Shown: positions 20,860 to 29,539 of the stretch, piece by piece | Numbering within the stretch: the first letter of the stretch is position 1 | Layout of the letters: each line of letters opens with the position of its first letter | Origin: a bacterium | GTDB taxonomy: Bacteria > JAHJDO01 | Length of the DNA stretch: 64,000 nucleotides | Assembly (NCBI GenBank): GCA_043824255.1 | Contig: JBDRTG010000047.1 | Coordinates: 32,001-96,000, forward strand | Direction of reading: 5' to 3' | Translations under genes and position numbers: made by a program | The notes under the pieces: generated by a model | What the model saw: the letters and a program-made list of their open reading frames with translations, nothing else | The model's database searches: none | What the model was told of the DNA's origin: nothing

Positions 20860-21990
20860 TTAATATACAAAGTTCCATTGTTTGTAATTACGTCCCAATC
20901 TATATTTCCAGTTCCAGATGTCCTGTTTAAGACTGTGTGCGTCTATTCTTGAGGATTCATTAAGATACTCGCTTTTAATGTCCACGAAATTATGATACCA
21001 CCCGTTTTTATAAATTCTTACTGCTAGATATCCGCATGGAAATTGAGAGATCTGCGGACAGTTTAATTGCATTATTGTATCAAGATAACACCTTGAAGCT
21101 ACATTTTTATGTCCCACATATATAGCTCTTATCTTATCTGAATATTTTTCTAATAAGGGTCTCAGTTCTTTGTGGTTTTTGATAATTTTATTTTCATCAA
21201 GAATATAAGAATCAGGAAAGAGCTGGTGATGAGACAGGATTAGGACTTTATCTTTTGCATTTTCTAATTCATTGCAAAGCCAGTTTTGTTGCTCTTTAGG
21301 CAAAGCCAGAGTACTTGTATCAAGCTTAATAAAGGAAATCCCTTGTTTCTTGATGCAGGTTGTTGCTTTTTTCCCGAAATATTTATTCCATAATTTTCTA
21401 TCTTTACAAAGATTATTTGCGGAGTAGATATGCGTTCCATCCAGTCTTTTACCTGTAATATATTTTGCATCATGGTCTCCTACCACCGGGTAATACGGCA
21501 TATTTAATTTATCCAGTATATCCTTTACTCCTTTGTACTCTTCCTCAAGCCCTTCATTCGTGAGATCGCCGGGACATACGACAAAATCAAATTTGTTTTT
21601 ATTAAGTTCATCTACAATCTCATTTAATATCAAAGGAATCTCAATAAAAAGCCTCCCTTTGCGATTTTCATTTTTTACTGAATAGTGAATATCAGCAAGT
21701 ATTGCAAATTTCTTAAGAATCTTGCCCTCAGATTTTGGGAGAGTCCTTACGGGTTTTTTACAAATAAAATTTTTATCTACATACAGTCCTAAAATATAAT
21801 CTCTACCAGGCTTAAGTCTCTTAATGATAAACCTGTGCAAATTATTATCCTCAATTCTTACATCCTTAAAGTTTTCTCCTTCCCCTTCGGCATAAAGAGT
21901 TGCTTTACAATATGTCTTCATTTTAACAGTAACATGAACTGAATTTTCTGTTACTGTCATTATGTTAAATCGTTCAATTATATTCTTCAT
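20860..21990 (-). CDS. Calcineurin-like metallophosphoesterase with N-terminal FN3-like domain
   Basis: DIH, GDLT, GDHD, HH and GHK motifs. Confidence 0.8.
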   Translation of the reverse strand: MKNIIERFNIMTVTENSVHVTVKMKTYCKATLYAEGEGENFKDVRIEDNNLHRFIIKRLKPGRDYILGLYVDKNFICKKPVRTLPKSEGKILKKFAILADIHYSVKNENRKGRLFIEIPLILNEIVDELNKNKFDFVVCPGDLTNEGLEEEYKGVKDILDKLNMPYYPVVGDHDAKYITGKRLDGTHIYSANNLCKDRKLWNKYFGKKATTCIKKQGISFIKLDTSTLALPKEQQNWLCNELENAKDKVLILSHHQLFPDSYILDENKIIKNHKELRPLLEKYSDKIRAIYVGHKNVASRCYLDTIMQLNCPQISQFPCGYLAVRIYKNGWYHNFVDIKSEYLNESSRIDAHSLKQDIWNWKYRLGRNYKQWNFVY

Positions 21991-23021
21991 ATTATTTTAT
22001 ATATAGTTTTCTTCAGAACATTTTCTCTATTATCCCCTTTTCTAATATTCAAGACAAAACGTTTTTTAATTCTTTTTATTAATAATTCCAAACTGGCTAT
22101 GTGCTTTCTATAATAATTTTCATTCTTGACCAGTAGATCTAACGGTGCAGAATAATAGTCATACTCCCTGACTTCTCCAGCAAGACGGTTAAAGGTCAAA
22201 CACTTTTTCAGGCATTCTTCGACTGTTATTTGGACAAGTTCTGTTTTTCTGGCGAATTGGGGAATAAGAAGCGTATCAGGAGAAAAGCTGTAAATCATAT
22301 ATTTTTTATTTATTTTATACAATCTTCGTCCAAGATCAGTATCTATGTTAATATCATCCAAAACTCCCTGTTTCAACCCTATAAAGTCTATAGCTTTCTG
22401 GTCTATTCTTATGGATTCAAAGCATTGATATACGTTGTTGGAATCATACAGATATAGATTATCTGAGAGAAATTTAGTTTTTCCCCCATTCACAAGAGAA
22501 AGTATGATTGTTGATTTCCCAACTCCTTGTAATCCGGAAAATACTATACCTGTACTTCCCACTCTTACTCCTCCACCATGCAATAAGAACATACATTTTA
22601 CTTGAGACAGATACCAAAATAACGGGAAAAATATGATATAGAAAAATAGTTTTCTGATAATATTTTCTTCTGTTAGCAATTTGGGTTTTAAGGAATTGTC
22701 AAAATACATCTTTAAATATAACTTCTTATTTTTATAATTGCACTGCATTGAGGTTCCCGAAAAGAGAATTAGCCTGGTAACTACCATATCATCACCACTA
22801 ATAAATATACGCCGTCCTACTGTGTCATAATTTTTAATAAGCCCGAAAATAAACTCCTCCCTTTTATTCATAAATACGACTTCAATATCAATATCACTCT
22901 TCTTTTGAACTGATATAAAATACGAAAAAAAAGATTGTATAGTTTTATTAATGATTTTCTCCTTGCAGGATACACCAAGTGTAACACCATGCATTTTTAT
23001 AACAATTTTCTCTGTCTTCAT
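21987..23021 (-). CDS. HPr-kinase-related P-loop kinase
   Basis: LLHGGGV...GLQGVGKST...LSDN. Confidence 0.65.
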   Translation of the reverse strand: MKTEKIVIKMHGVTLGVSCKEKIINKTIQSFFSYFISVQKKSDIDIEVVFMNKREEFIFGLIKNYDTVGRRIFISGDDMVVTRLILFSGTSMQCNYKNKKLYLKMYFDNSLKPKLLTEENIIRKLFFYIIFFPLFWYLSQVKCMFLLHGGGVRVGSTGIVFSGLQGVGKSTIILSLVNGGKTKFLSDNLYLYDSNNVYQCFESIRIDQKAIDFIGLKQGVLDDINIDTDLGRRLYKINKKYMIYSFSPDTLLIPQFARKTELVQITVEECLKKCLTFNRLAGEVREYDYYSAPLDLLVKNENYYRKHIASLELLIKRIKKRFVLNIRKGDNRENVLKKTIYKII

Positions 23022-23800
23022 TTTGAGGACCCTTCCTTTATTAAATTTTCCATATCCTTTCTTAATTCTCTTAGATATGGCACATTAACCACACTATCAG
23101 GATAGACTTCAAGATTAAACGGACCTTTGTAATCCACTTCTTTAAGAGCTCTTATAATTGCCTTAAAGTCTATTATCCCTTTACCGGGACGAAGATGCTC
23201 CTCTGTTATACCGTGATTATCAGAAACATGAATTGTAGCAAGGTGTTCTCTTGTTTTTCTAATCACTTCAGTTAAGTCCTCATTAACATTTGAATGATTT
23301 ATATCCACACATATCTTGAATGAATTATCCCTAAAGCTTTCTACGAATTCCACAATTTTATCAGATGAGGAATATGTTTCTCCCTTACCTGGATGATGTG
23401 GCATTGTCTCCATGGCAAGAATTAAATTCATTTTTTTTGCTGCATCAAGTAATTTGGATATTGAGTCTTTCCATATCTCCTCTGATTGATGATCAAATCT
23501 TAACAGATAATGAATAACATATGGACATGGAGCAAAATGAGAAGCTTCCTTCATTCTTATTATTTCCTTACTAATTTCTCTGTCTCTTTCTGGTTTTTTA
23601 TTTGAAAGAAGTTTGTATCCTGATATTCCATGCACGGACCATACTTTTATACCTCGTTTATCGATTAAAGAATACGCTTGCGAAATATCAAGATGTTCTC
23701 TCGATATTTCTACCGTATTAAATCCCGATTCTTTTAGGAGAGAAAGACATTCTTCAAGTTTCATCTTTGCGCATATCACTGTGCTAATGGATAGTTTCAT
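23018..23800 (-). CDS. Sugar phosphate isomerase/epimerase (AP endonuclease 2 fold)
   Basis: E, DINH, HVSDN, H..PG.G.IDF, LEV. Confidence 0.85.
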   Translation of the reverse strand: MKLSISTVICAKMKLEECLSLLKESGFNTVEISREHLDISQAYSLIDKRGIKVWSVHGISGYKLLSNKKPERDREISKEIIRMKEASHFAPCPYVIHYLLRFDHQSEEIWKDSISKLLDAAKKMNLILAMETMPHHPGKGETYSSSDKIVEFVESFRDNSFKICVDINHSNVNEDLTEVIRKTREHLATIHVSDNHGITEEHLRPGKGIIDFKAIIRALKEVDYKGPFNLEVYPDSVVNVPYLRELRKDMENLIKEGSSK

Positions 23801-23811
23801 GAATTATTCCC

Positions 23812-25011
23812 CTACAACAGGTGTGGACATTTCGGAACCTCAGCCGGAACTCCCTCTTTAATTGATTTTTCTGCGCAAATTGCTATGGCTGCACTGTCTC
23901 TCCCTGCCTTTATATCAGTTGAGCTTTTCTTTCCGGAAGATATAGCCTTAAAGATATTTTCAAACATCCTTTTATCTCCACCACCATGGGAGCCTTCTGT
24001 TACCTTTGGCCTGTATACTTCCACTTTTTCACTGAAGCGTCTCTGCAAAGTGATTTTGAATCCGTACCTGCTGTACAATCCGTACATTTTCCCCTCTGTT
24101 CCTATAAAAGTAAATTCGCGGATATAATCCGGGGTAAAATGGCATTCTGTGTATACTGCCTTGGCACCGTTTTCGTATTCAATCGTAACAAGTGAATGAT
24201 CATCCATATCTATATCTTTACCATATACACAAAAATCATCAACAGAAACTGCTTCACCAAAATCGTAAGCAAATTTATCACGAGAGATAAAATATTTACA
24301 GGTGCTTTTTTTATCGCACTTGTGACACATCAAACCAGCTGGTTCCTTTTGCCCAAACACTTTCAATCCACCAACAGCATAAATCCTTTTTGGATCAGAG
24401 CCTATCATCCAGTTAATCAGATCTATTGAATGGGTTCCTTTCTGCAGAAGGAGACTTATGCCCTCCTCTTTTTCCCGAAAATAGTTATGAAAGAAAAATT
24501 GCCCTCCGACAGAGACGGAATCCATTGCCTGACACATGACAACCTCTCCAATCTCGCCACCGTCAATAATGGATTTCATCTTCTGGAATAGTGCGCAAAA
24601 TCGCAGTTCAAATCCAATGAAGAATATTGTCTCTGCTTTTTTCCATGAACGAATAATATCATCACAGTCTTCTATGGTTTGTGCCATCGGCTTTTCCAGA
24701 AAGATATTGCATCCTGCTTCAAGTGTCTTTACTGCAAGTTCATGGTGGGCAAAGTCAGAGGCGATAATACATACAAGGTCAGGATTCTCTTTCTGCAATA
24801 ACTCGTCTATGTTATTGTATAAAGAAACTTTTTTCCCTAATACATGGTCTTTTCTCATAATATCCAGATTTTTCTCTTCTATATCACAAACTGCTATAAG
24901 TTCTGAATGTGGATTATTATGAAAAGTTTTTGCAAAATACAATCCTCTACTACCTAATCCAACTACTGCTACAGTAATTTCTTCATTTTGTGTTTCAGAC
25001 ATTTTTCGCAC
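23812..25011 (-). CDS. Gfo/Idh/MocA oxidoreductase
   Basis: VVGLGSRG, EKPMA, KGTHSID, HGGGD. Confidence 0.9.
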   Translation of the reverse strand: MRKMSETQNEEITVAVVGLGSRGLYFAKTFHNNPHSELIAVCDIEEKNLDIMRKDHVLGKKVSLYNNIDELLQKENPDLVCIIASDFAHHELAVKTLEAGCNIFLEKPMAQTIEDCDDIIRSWKKAETIFFIGFELRFCALFQKMKSIIDGGEIGEVVMCQAMDSVSVGGQFFFHNYFREKEEGISLLLQKGTHSIDLINWMIGSDPKRIYAVGGLKVFGQKEPAGLMCHKCDKKSTCKYFISRDKFAYDFGEAVSVDDFCVYGKDIDMDDHSLVTIEYENGAKAVYTECHFTPDYIREFTFIGTEGKMYGLYSRYGFKITLQRRFSEKVEVYRPKVTEGSHGGGDKRMFENIFKAISSGKKSSTDIKAGRDSAAIAICAEKSIKEGVPAEVPKCPHLL

Positions 25012-25016
25012 CTTTA

Positions 25017-28000
25017 TTATTTAGTTTGCCCGAGTCGTTCCACAATTAGAGGACATTTCGGATCCATTGTGAAGAAACCCGAGAGCTCCGGGCCTTGTTT
25101 GATGAGAGCATCATCGAAGTAGCCTTCCTTTGCAGGGCCTACGACTACCTTCCAGAAACCGTGTTTGCCCTTGGCGTTAAAGGCCCGTTCATCGACCGAG
25201 CCTCTAAGCGTGTCCATTTCGGCGACGAGACACCCACTCGGGTCGTAGACTTTCGCGGCTGCGGTCTCTCCTGGTGATGCACTCCTTAGTGTCAAATGGA
25301 ATTGTTTCACGCTCTGAGGAACATAAAAGTAGGCGGGTGCTGCCTTGGCGAGGAAATGTAATCCATCCTTCTCCTGTTCAAGAACATAAGCCGCGCCTTT
25401 AACACAAAGACGATAGAAAGGCTGACCGAAGGCGGTTGCAAGAAGGAATACGTGGTGGATTTCCTCAGCCGCGCTTGGAAACTCGATTGATGTGAAACGG
25501 CCAATCAATCCTTTCTTGATGATTTCGCCCTTCGTATTCACTACCCGGTAGCGAAACATATTGCCCCTTGTGCGAACATTAGACAGTTCGACGGCGACGT
25601 TGGACTTCTTGGGAGCATAGACCACGAGGTGCATATTTCTCCGCAATTGAAAATCAGACAATGCTTCAGCATTATGAATTGTACTAGCGTCTATCGCGGT
25701 AACTTTAACAGCCTGAGGGATTAGAGAGACAAATGTAGCTTTTGCGTCCTTCCGTGGTTGCTGTAGCGCAAACGAGTCCTGATTGGCATCTATGAACTCT
25801 TCTATCTCCGCATCTGTACGGTAGAACGTCGAAGCCTTGTCATCCTTCAGATATTGTCCCGTCCTCAAATTCCAGTGGAGCATAATAAGATTGTCACCCA
25901 GCATTTGCAGCCTCTTCCTAGCCTTCTCGTCCTGAATCTTCTTTTCCGCAGAAAGATATAACAACTCGATATTTGGGAAAAGAGGTGCGTAAACGAGCTT
26001 ATAATGATTGTCAGTAAGATAGTAACTACTATCGCCGAGTTTTTCCATGGCATCATCAATGAGGCGATAGATTTTGCTGATGTCCCGCCCGCCGGAACCA
26101 TAGGCGCAATCGAAAAACTCGTTAAAGGTCGCGTCAATGTCCAGATCGGCATTCCAGTTGAGTTTTGCCAGCAAATAGTTAGTGGGCGCCGCGTGTCCCC
26201 ATGCTCCACTGCCGTAGATGTGCGCTATCTTAACTCCGCGCTTCTTGAGGTTCGGATACACGAACTTGAGAAGCTTTACCCCCACCGGGTTCGGTGCTCC
26301 GGCGTTCTGCTCGAATGCCATCAGGTCGTAGTAACCGAGATTCGCAGCGATCTTTGCCCACCCATCTATGGCTTGCAGCCACCATTTTCTCATTTCGGGG
26401 TTATAGAGCTTGTAGCCGTAACCGAGGGCATTGACTGCAAACACGATTACAACATTCGGCGGCAGGCGCATATTGTCAATCTCCTTTGAGGGGAAGATGA
26501 AGTCGTTATAAACGTAGCCGCACAATATCTTGTTAGGGAACTCTTTTCGCACACTGTTGCCCACGTGACTGTATAACTGGAGCACGCGTTTGACCACGCT
26601 GCGGTTTCCCATGGGATCTGTCTCGTCAAGAGCGCAGGCCTCCGGGCTCTCGTCCCAGCCGCCGCCGTCTGATGGTGAGATCGAGTGACAATACACTTCG
26701 GGATGTGCCTGAAAGTAGTTTTTGATCACGTCGGCGAAGGCCTCGCGCGCCTGAATATGCGTTGTTCGAAACTTTGATTGCGGTCCGGGAGGCAGGCGCT
26801 TGCCGCCGGACATGACCCACCATTCAGGATGTTTCTTGATATCCATTTGCTTGAGTATTCCGTTCCAGGAGTGACCGAACGAGTAGCCGACGCTTGAACC
26901 AAGCTTCTGCCGCAAACACCAGCGGGCGAGCACGTTGCTGCTGCGTGACAAGCCGAGAATCTTTCTGTATTCGAAATCGGGAGCATCCTGAATTGACACA
27001 CTGTTGAGAACGAGTTTTGTCAGCTTTGGCACATACTCGCCATCCGGACCGGGGAGTAACCAGCGAACGCCAACAAATTTCTCCAGGAAGGTATAAGTGC
27101 CATTCAAAGTTCCTCGGCTGAAGCCATCCCGAGCGTTCTTCTTTCCGTCCGGGGTGTCCTGTCCGAGGATGAACAGATTGCCATAACGAGTTTCGATGCG
27201 ATAGCCTTCCTGAGGCACGTTGTTTGTGGTCAGCCCCAGACGGCGTGCAGTTGGATTATCTCCAAGCGATATCATACAATCCGTGGGCGCGAGCGCGATT
27301 TTCAGCTCTGCACCGGTCGCCCTGCGGATATATTCCTGCAACTCTTGTGCTGCGAGTCGAACCGAATCCGGCGCATCAATACTGCGGTAAATGACGAAGT
27401 CGCTCTTTCCGTTTTGCACGATTTCGGCGGACATCTGTTCATCGTTGACAAGTATCCTTTCTACAACAGCATCGAGCTCATCTTCTGAAAGAATCTCAAC
27501 AGACTCTGAAAGAATCTCAACAAATTCGATTTGATCAAGACAGATAGAAAGTTCTTTTGCACTAGTTTGGCTCTTAACAGAGGGAAGGTAGAACACTAGC
27601 TTTGTCACCTGATCACGCGGCATCTCGGATATATCTATCCTGACGTGAGTCCACTCATTGTCGCTAAAACCGAAACCTGGCCAAGATCCATACTTGCGCC
27701 TATTGAAGAGACGAAAACCACCTCTCTCCTGTAATCCGTGTGCCCCTTTGATCCAAAAACGCACTTCTGCGTATTTGGTGAGGTCAGTTGAGGGCATGCT
27801 GATCTCAAGACGTGAAGACGCATTCGTACGTCCACTGTCTGCTTTCCACAGTAGTCCGAATTTGCCGTTATGCGCTGCTCGTTCCGAGATGCTGATCGTC
27901 TGACCATAGATGCTTTTCAAACCCGCTGCAGACCCGTCCTCGAAATCCCTAATGACAAGTCTGGCCCCTATAGAGGCCTCTTGAGCCGTAACAATACTTA

Positions 28001-28088
28001 CGGATAAAGCTACCGTTATCAGAAAGACAAATCCCGTAAAACCCATCCACTTTGCCTTCGAGTAATTTACTTTCGTGTACTTTGTCAT
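25017..28088 (-). CDS. Secreted DUF4838-like protein with N-terminal carbohydrate-binding-like domain
   Basis: Signal peptide; DFEDG beta-sandwich; AAQELQEYI...GTLNGTYTFLE...GVRW...PDFEYR (GH67/GH20-type N-domain plus DUF4838-like barrel); ATG 28088 after AGGAGG. Confidence 0.75.
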   Translation of the reverse strand: MTKYTKVNYSKAKWMGFTGFVFLITVALSVSIVTAQEASIGARLVIRDFEDGSAAGLKSIYGQTISISERAAHNGKFGLLWKADSGRTNASSRLEISMPSTDLTKYAEVRFWIKGAHGLQERGGFRLFNRRKYGSWPGFGFSDNEWTHVRIDISEMPRDQVTKLVFYLPSVKSQTSAKELSICLDQIEFVEILSESVEILSEDELDAVVERILVNDEQMSAEIVQNGKSDFVIYRSIDAPDSVRLAAQELQEYIRRATGAELKIALAPTDCMISLGDNPTARRLGLTTNNVPQEGYRIETRYGNLFILGQDTPDGKKNARDGFSRGTLNGTYTFLEKFVGVRWLLPGPDGEYVPKLTKLVLNSVSIQDAPDFEYRKILGLSRSSNVLARWCLRQKLGSSVGYSFGHSWNGILKQMDIKKHPEWWVMSGGKRLPPGPQSKFRTTHIQAREAFADVIKNYFQAHPEVYCHSISPSDGGGWDESPEACALDETDPMGNRSVVKRVLQLYSHVGNSVRKEFPNKILCGYVYNDFIFPSKEIDNMRLPPNVVIVFAVNALGYGYKLYNPEMRKWWLQAIDGWAKIAANLGYYDLMAFEQNAGAPNPVGVKLLKFVYPNLKKRGVKIAHIYGSGAWGHAAPTNYLLAKLNWNADLDIDATFNEFFDCAYGSGGRDISKIYRLIDDAMEKLGDSSYYLTDNHYKLVYAPLFPNIELLYLSAEKKIQDEKARKRLQMLGDNLIMLHWNLRTGQYLKDDKASTFYRTDAEIEEFIDANQDSFALQQPRKDAKATFVSLIPQAVKVTAIDASTIHNAEALSDFQLRRNMHLVVYAPKKSNVAVELSNVRTRGNMFRYRVVNTKGEIIKKGLIGRFTSIEFPSAAEEIHHVFLLATAFGQPFYRLCVKGAAYVLEQEKDGLHFLAKAAPAYFYVPQSVKQFHLTLRSASPGETAAAKVYDPSGCLVAEMDTLRGSVDERAFNAKGKHGFWKVVVGPAKEGYFDDALIKQGPELSGFFTMDPKCPLIVERLGQTK
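27484..27522. repeat. 18-nt direct repeat with 21-nt period (VEILSE-S-VEILSE)
   Basis: TCTGAAAGAATCTCAACA at 27484 and 27505. Confidence 0.9.
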
Positions 28089-28129
28089 TACTGTATCCTC
28101 CTTTTTCATACATAATTTTAGTTTTTGTC

Positions 28130-28876
28130 CTACCTGGCTGAAGTAAATTCTTCCCAGGAGGATTTGCTGCCGGCATCATTACTGCCATAATCAACAATTT
28201 TCGCTACATCTTTACTATAGAAAGCTACTCCTCCATCAGCATAGAGAACATTCCAACCAGTCTCATGAACGTTACGATAAGAAGAGTTCTGACCAAAGAC
28301 ATCAGCAGCTATCGCCCAGTCAGGATGTTTTGAAAGTCTTATTGAACCGCCATTACCATCCTCCGCATCTCTAAACATATAAGAAATGTGAATGCTACTA
28401 GTAGGAATACCAGAAGCTCCAGCTGCCACCCAGTCTTCCATTAGATCAGCACGTTTTTCAAGGTAGTAAGAATTAGACGGACAGTAAAATACTAATCCAT
28501 TCGTAAGATATCCCTCGCTAAGAAGATGTCCTACGCTCCTGACATAGCCATTGCCCCATCTTACAATTTCGTCCTGACTAAAGCAATACCAGCCTGTACC
28601 ATAATGGTAACCATGTGCGGATGATGAAGAAACTGGAGCACTTGGTGGACCATAATCATTATAGTCATTTGCATACATGTGGTAGGCAATACCTATCTGA
28701 CGTAAATTGCTTATACACTTCACCCTCCTTGCCATTTCTCTTGCTCCAGTAAGCGCAGGCAGCATCATTGATGCAAGCAGAGCTATGATGGCTATTACGA
28801 CCAAAAGCTCAATAAGTGTGAACGCCAACGACGCCTTAAATGTCTTTCGAATTTTAGTTAGTCGAGTAGAGCTCAT
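28130..28876 (-). CDS. Prepilin-type N-terminal cleavage/methylation protein (DUF1559 / H-X9-DG); 3' exon of an intron-split gene whose 5' exon is 29515-29518
   Basis: [17 protein letters not shown]...[25 protein letters not shown] matches H-X9-DG. Confidence 0.92.
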   Translation of the reverse strand: MSSTRLTKIRKTFKASLAFTLIELLVVIAIIALLASMMLPALTGAREMARRVKCISNLRQIGIAYHMYANDYNDYGPPSAPVSSSSAHGYHYGTGWYCFSQDEIVRWGNGYVRSVGHLLSEGYLTNGLVFYCPSNSYYLEKRADLMEDWVAAGASGIPTSSIHISYMFRDAEDGNGGSIRLSKHPDWAIAADVFGQNSSYRNVHETGWNVLYADGGVAFYSKDVAKIVDYGSNDAGSKSSWEEFTSAR

Positions 28877-29514
28877 AGCCACCTCCTTTTGAAATTATTT
28901 TCATATGGGGACACTATGAATGAGCCCCCTCACAGAACCGTGCTTGAGGATTTCCCTCACACGGCTCTTCTGAAGAACTTCCCCATTATAGGTTTTGGAT
29001 ACAGTTTTGTTGTCTTTCTTTATCCAGTCCCGTGTCTGGAGAAAGTTTCCCTGCTCCAGCAGTTCTCCAGCCAGCGCCTTCGCTCCGCAGGCATTACCCT
29101 GTCTCTTCACTACTATTCGCCAGTCCGACTCCCAATGTGTCTTCTGTAATACCTTATCGTTTATAGACTTGCTACTACATACTCCTCTACGGAGAACACT
29201 TTGGGTCTCCCGAGTTTCCTTACTCTCCTTTTGATACCGTGCTATGGTCTCTGACCCCGTCGGACTCGCACAACCTCGCATATAACGGTTATGAGAGTTC
29301 TGCCTTCTACTAAATGTAGAGTATCGGCTTCCGAAACGATGATTGATTTCGGGGCTCAATCCCTTCACTTGCGTTACAGCCCAGCACCCCATTCCTCTGG
29401 CTTCACGACAGTTTGTTACCAAACTGGGTGCAGAGTTCAGTTCTGAAGTGGTAGCTACTCTTTCCTCAGACTGGATTTTCACCAGCTGGATAGCAAGAGC
29501 TTTTCTCGGCGCAC
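28861..29514 (-). mobile_element. ORF-less group II intron (654 nt)
   Basis: 5' GTGCGCCG; DV GAGCCGTGTGAGGGAAATCCTCAAGCACGGTTC (28935-28967, AGC triad); DVI with bulged A (28867) and 3' end CTACTCGAC; EBS1 ACATTT pairs with IBS1 AGATGT; DIV only about 95 nt, no RT. Confidence 0.93.
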
Positions 29515-29530
29515 ACATCTTTTACCTCCT
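29515..29530 (-). promoter_or_regulatory. Native RBS (AGGAGGT) and 4-nt coding 5' exon ATGT of the prepilin gene
   Basis: AAGGAGGTAAAAG-ATGT|GTGCG; the spliced junction ATG T|TA ACT AAA is in frame. Confidence 0.85.
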
Positions 29531-29539
29531 TTTTATAAG

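Noticed and set aside
29512..29516. Alternative 5' splice site at GTGTG (29516)
   Set aside because: It would break the EBS1-IBS1 pairing and put the spliced exons out of frame; GTGCG at 29514 satisfies both.
28901..29518. 205-aa ORF as an intron-encoded RT/maturase or ordinary gene
   Set aside because: No RT motifs (no YADD) and it overlies ribozyme domains I-VI; kept only as a read-through observation.
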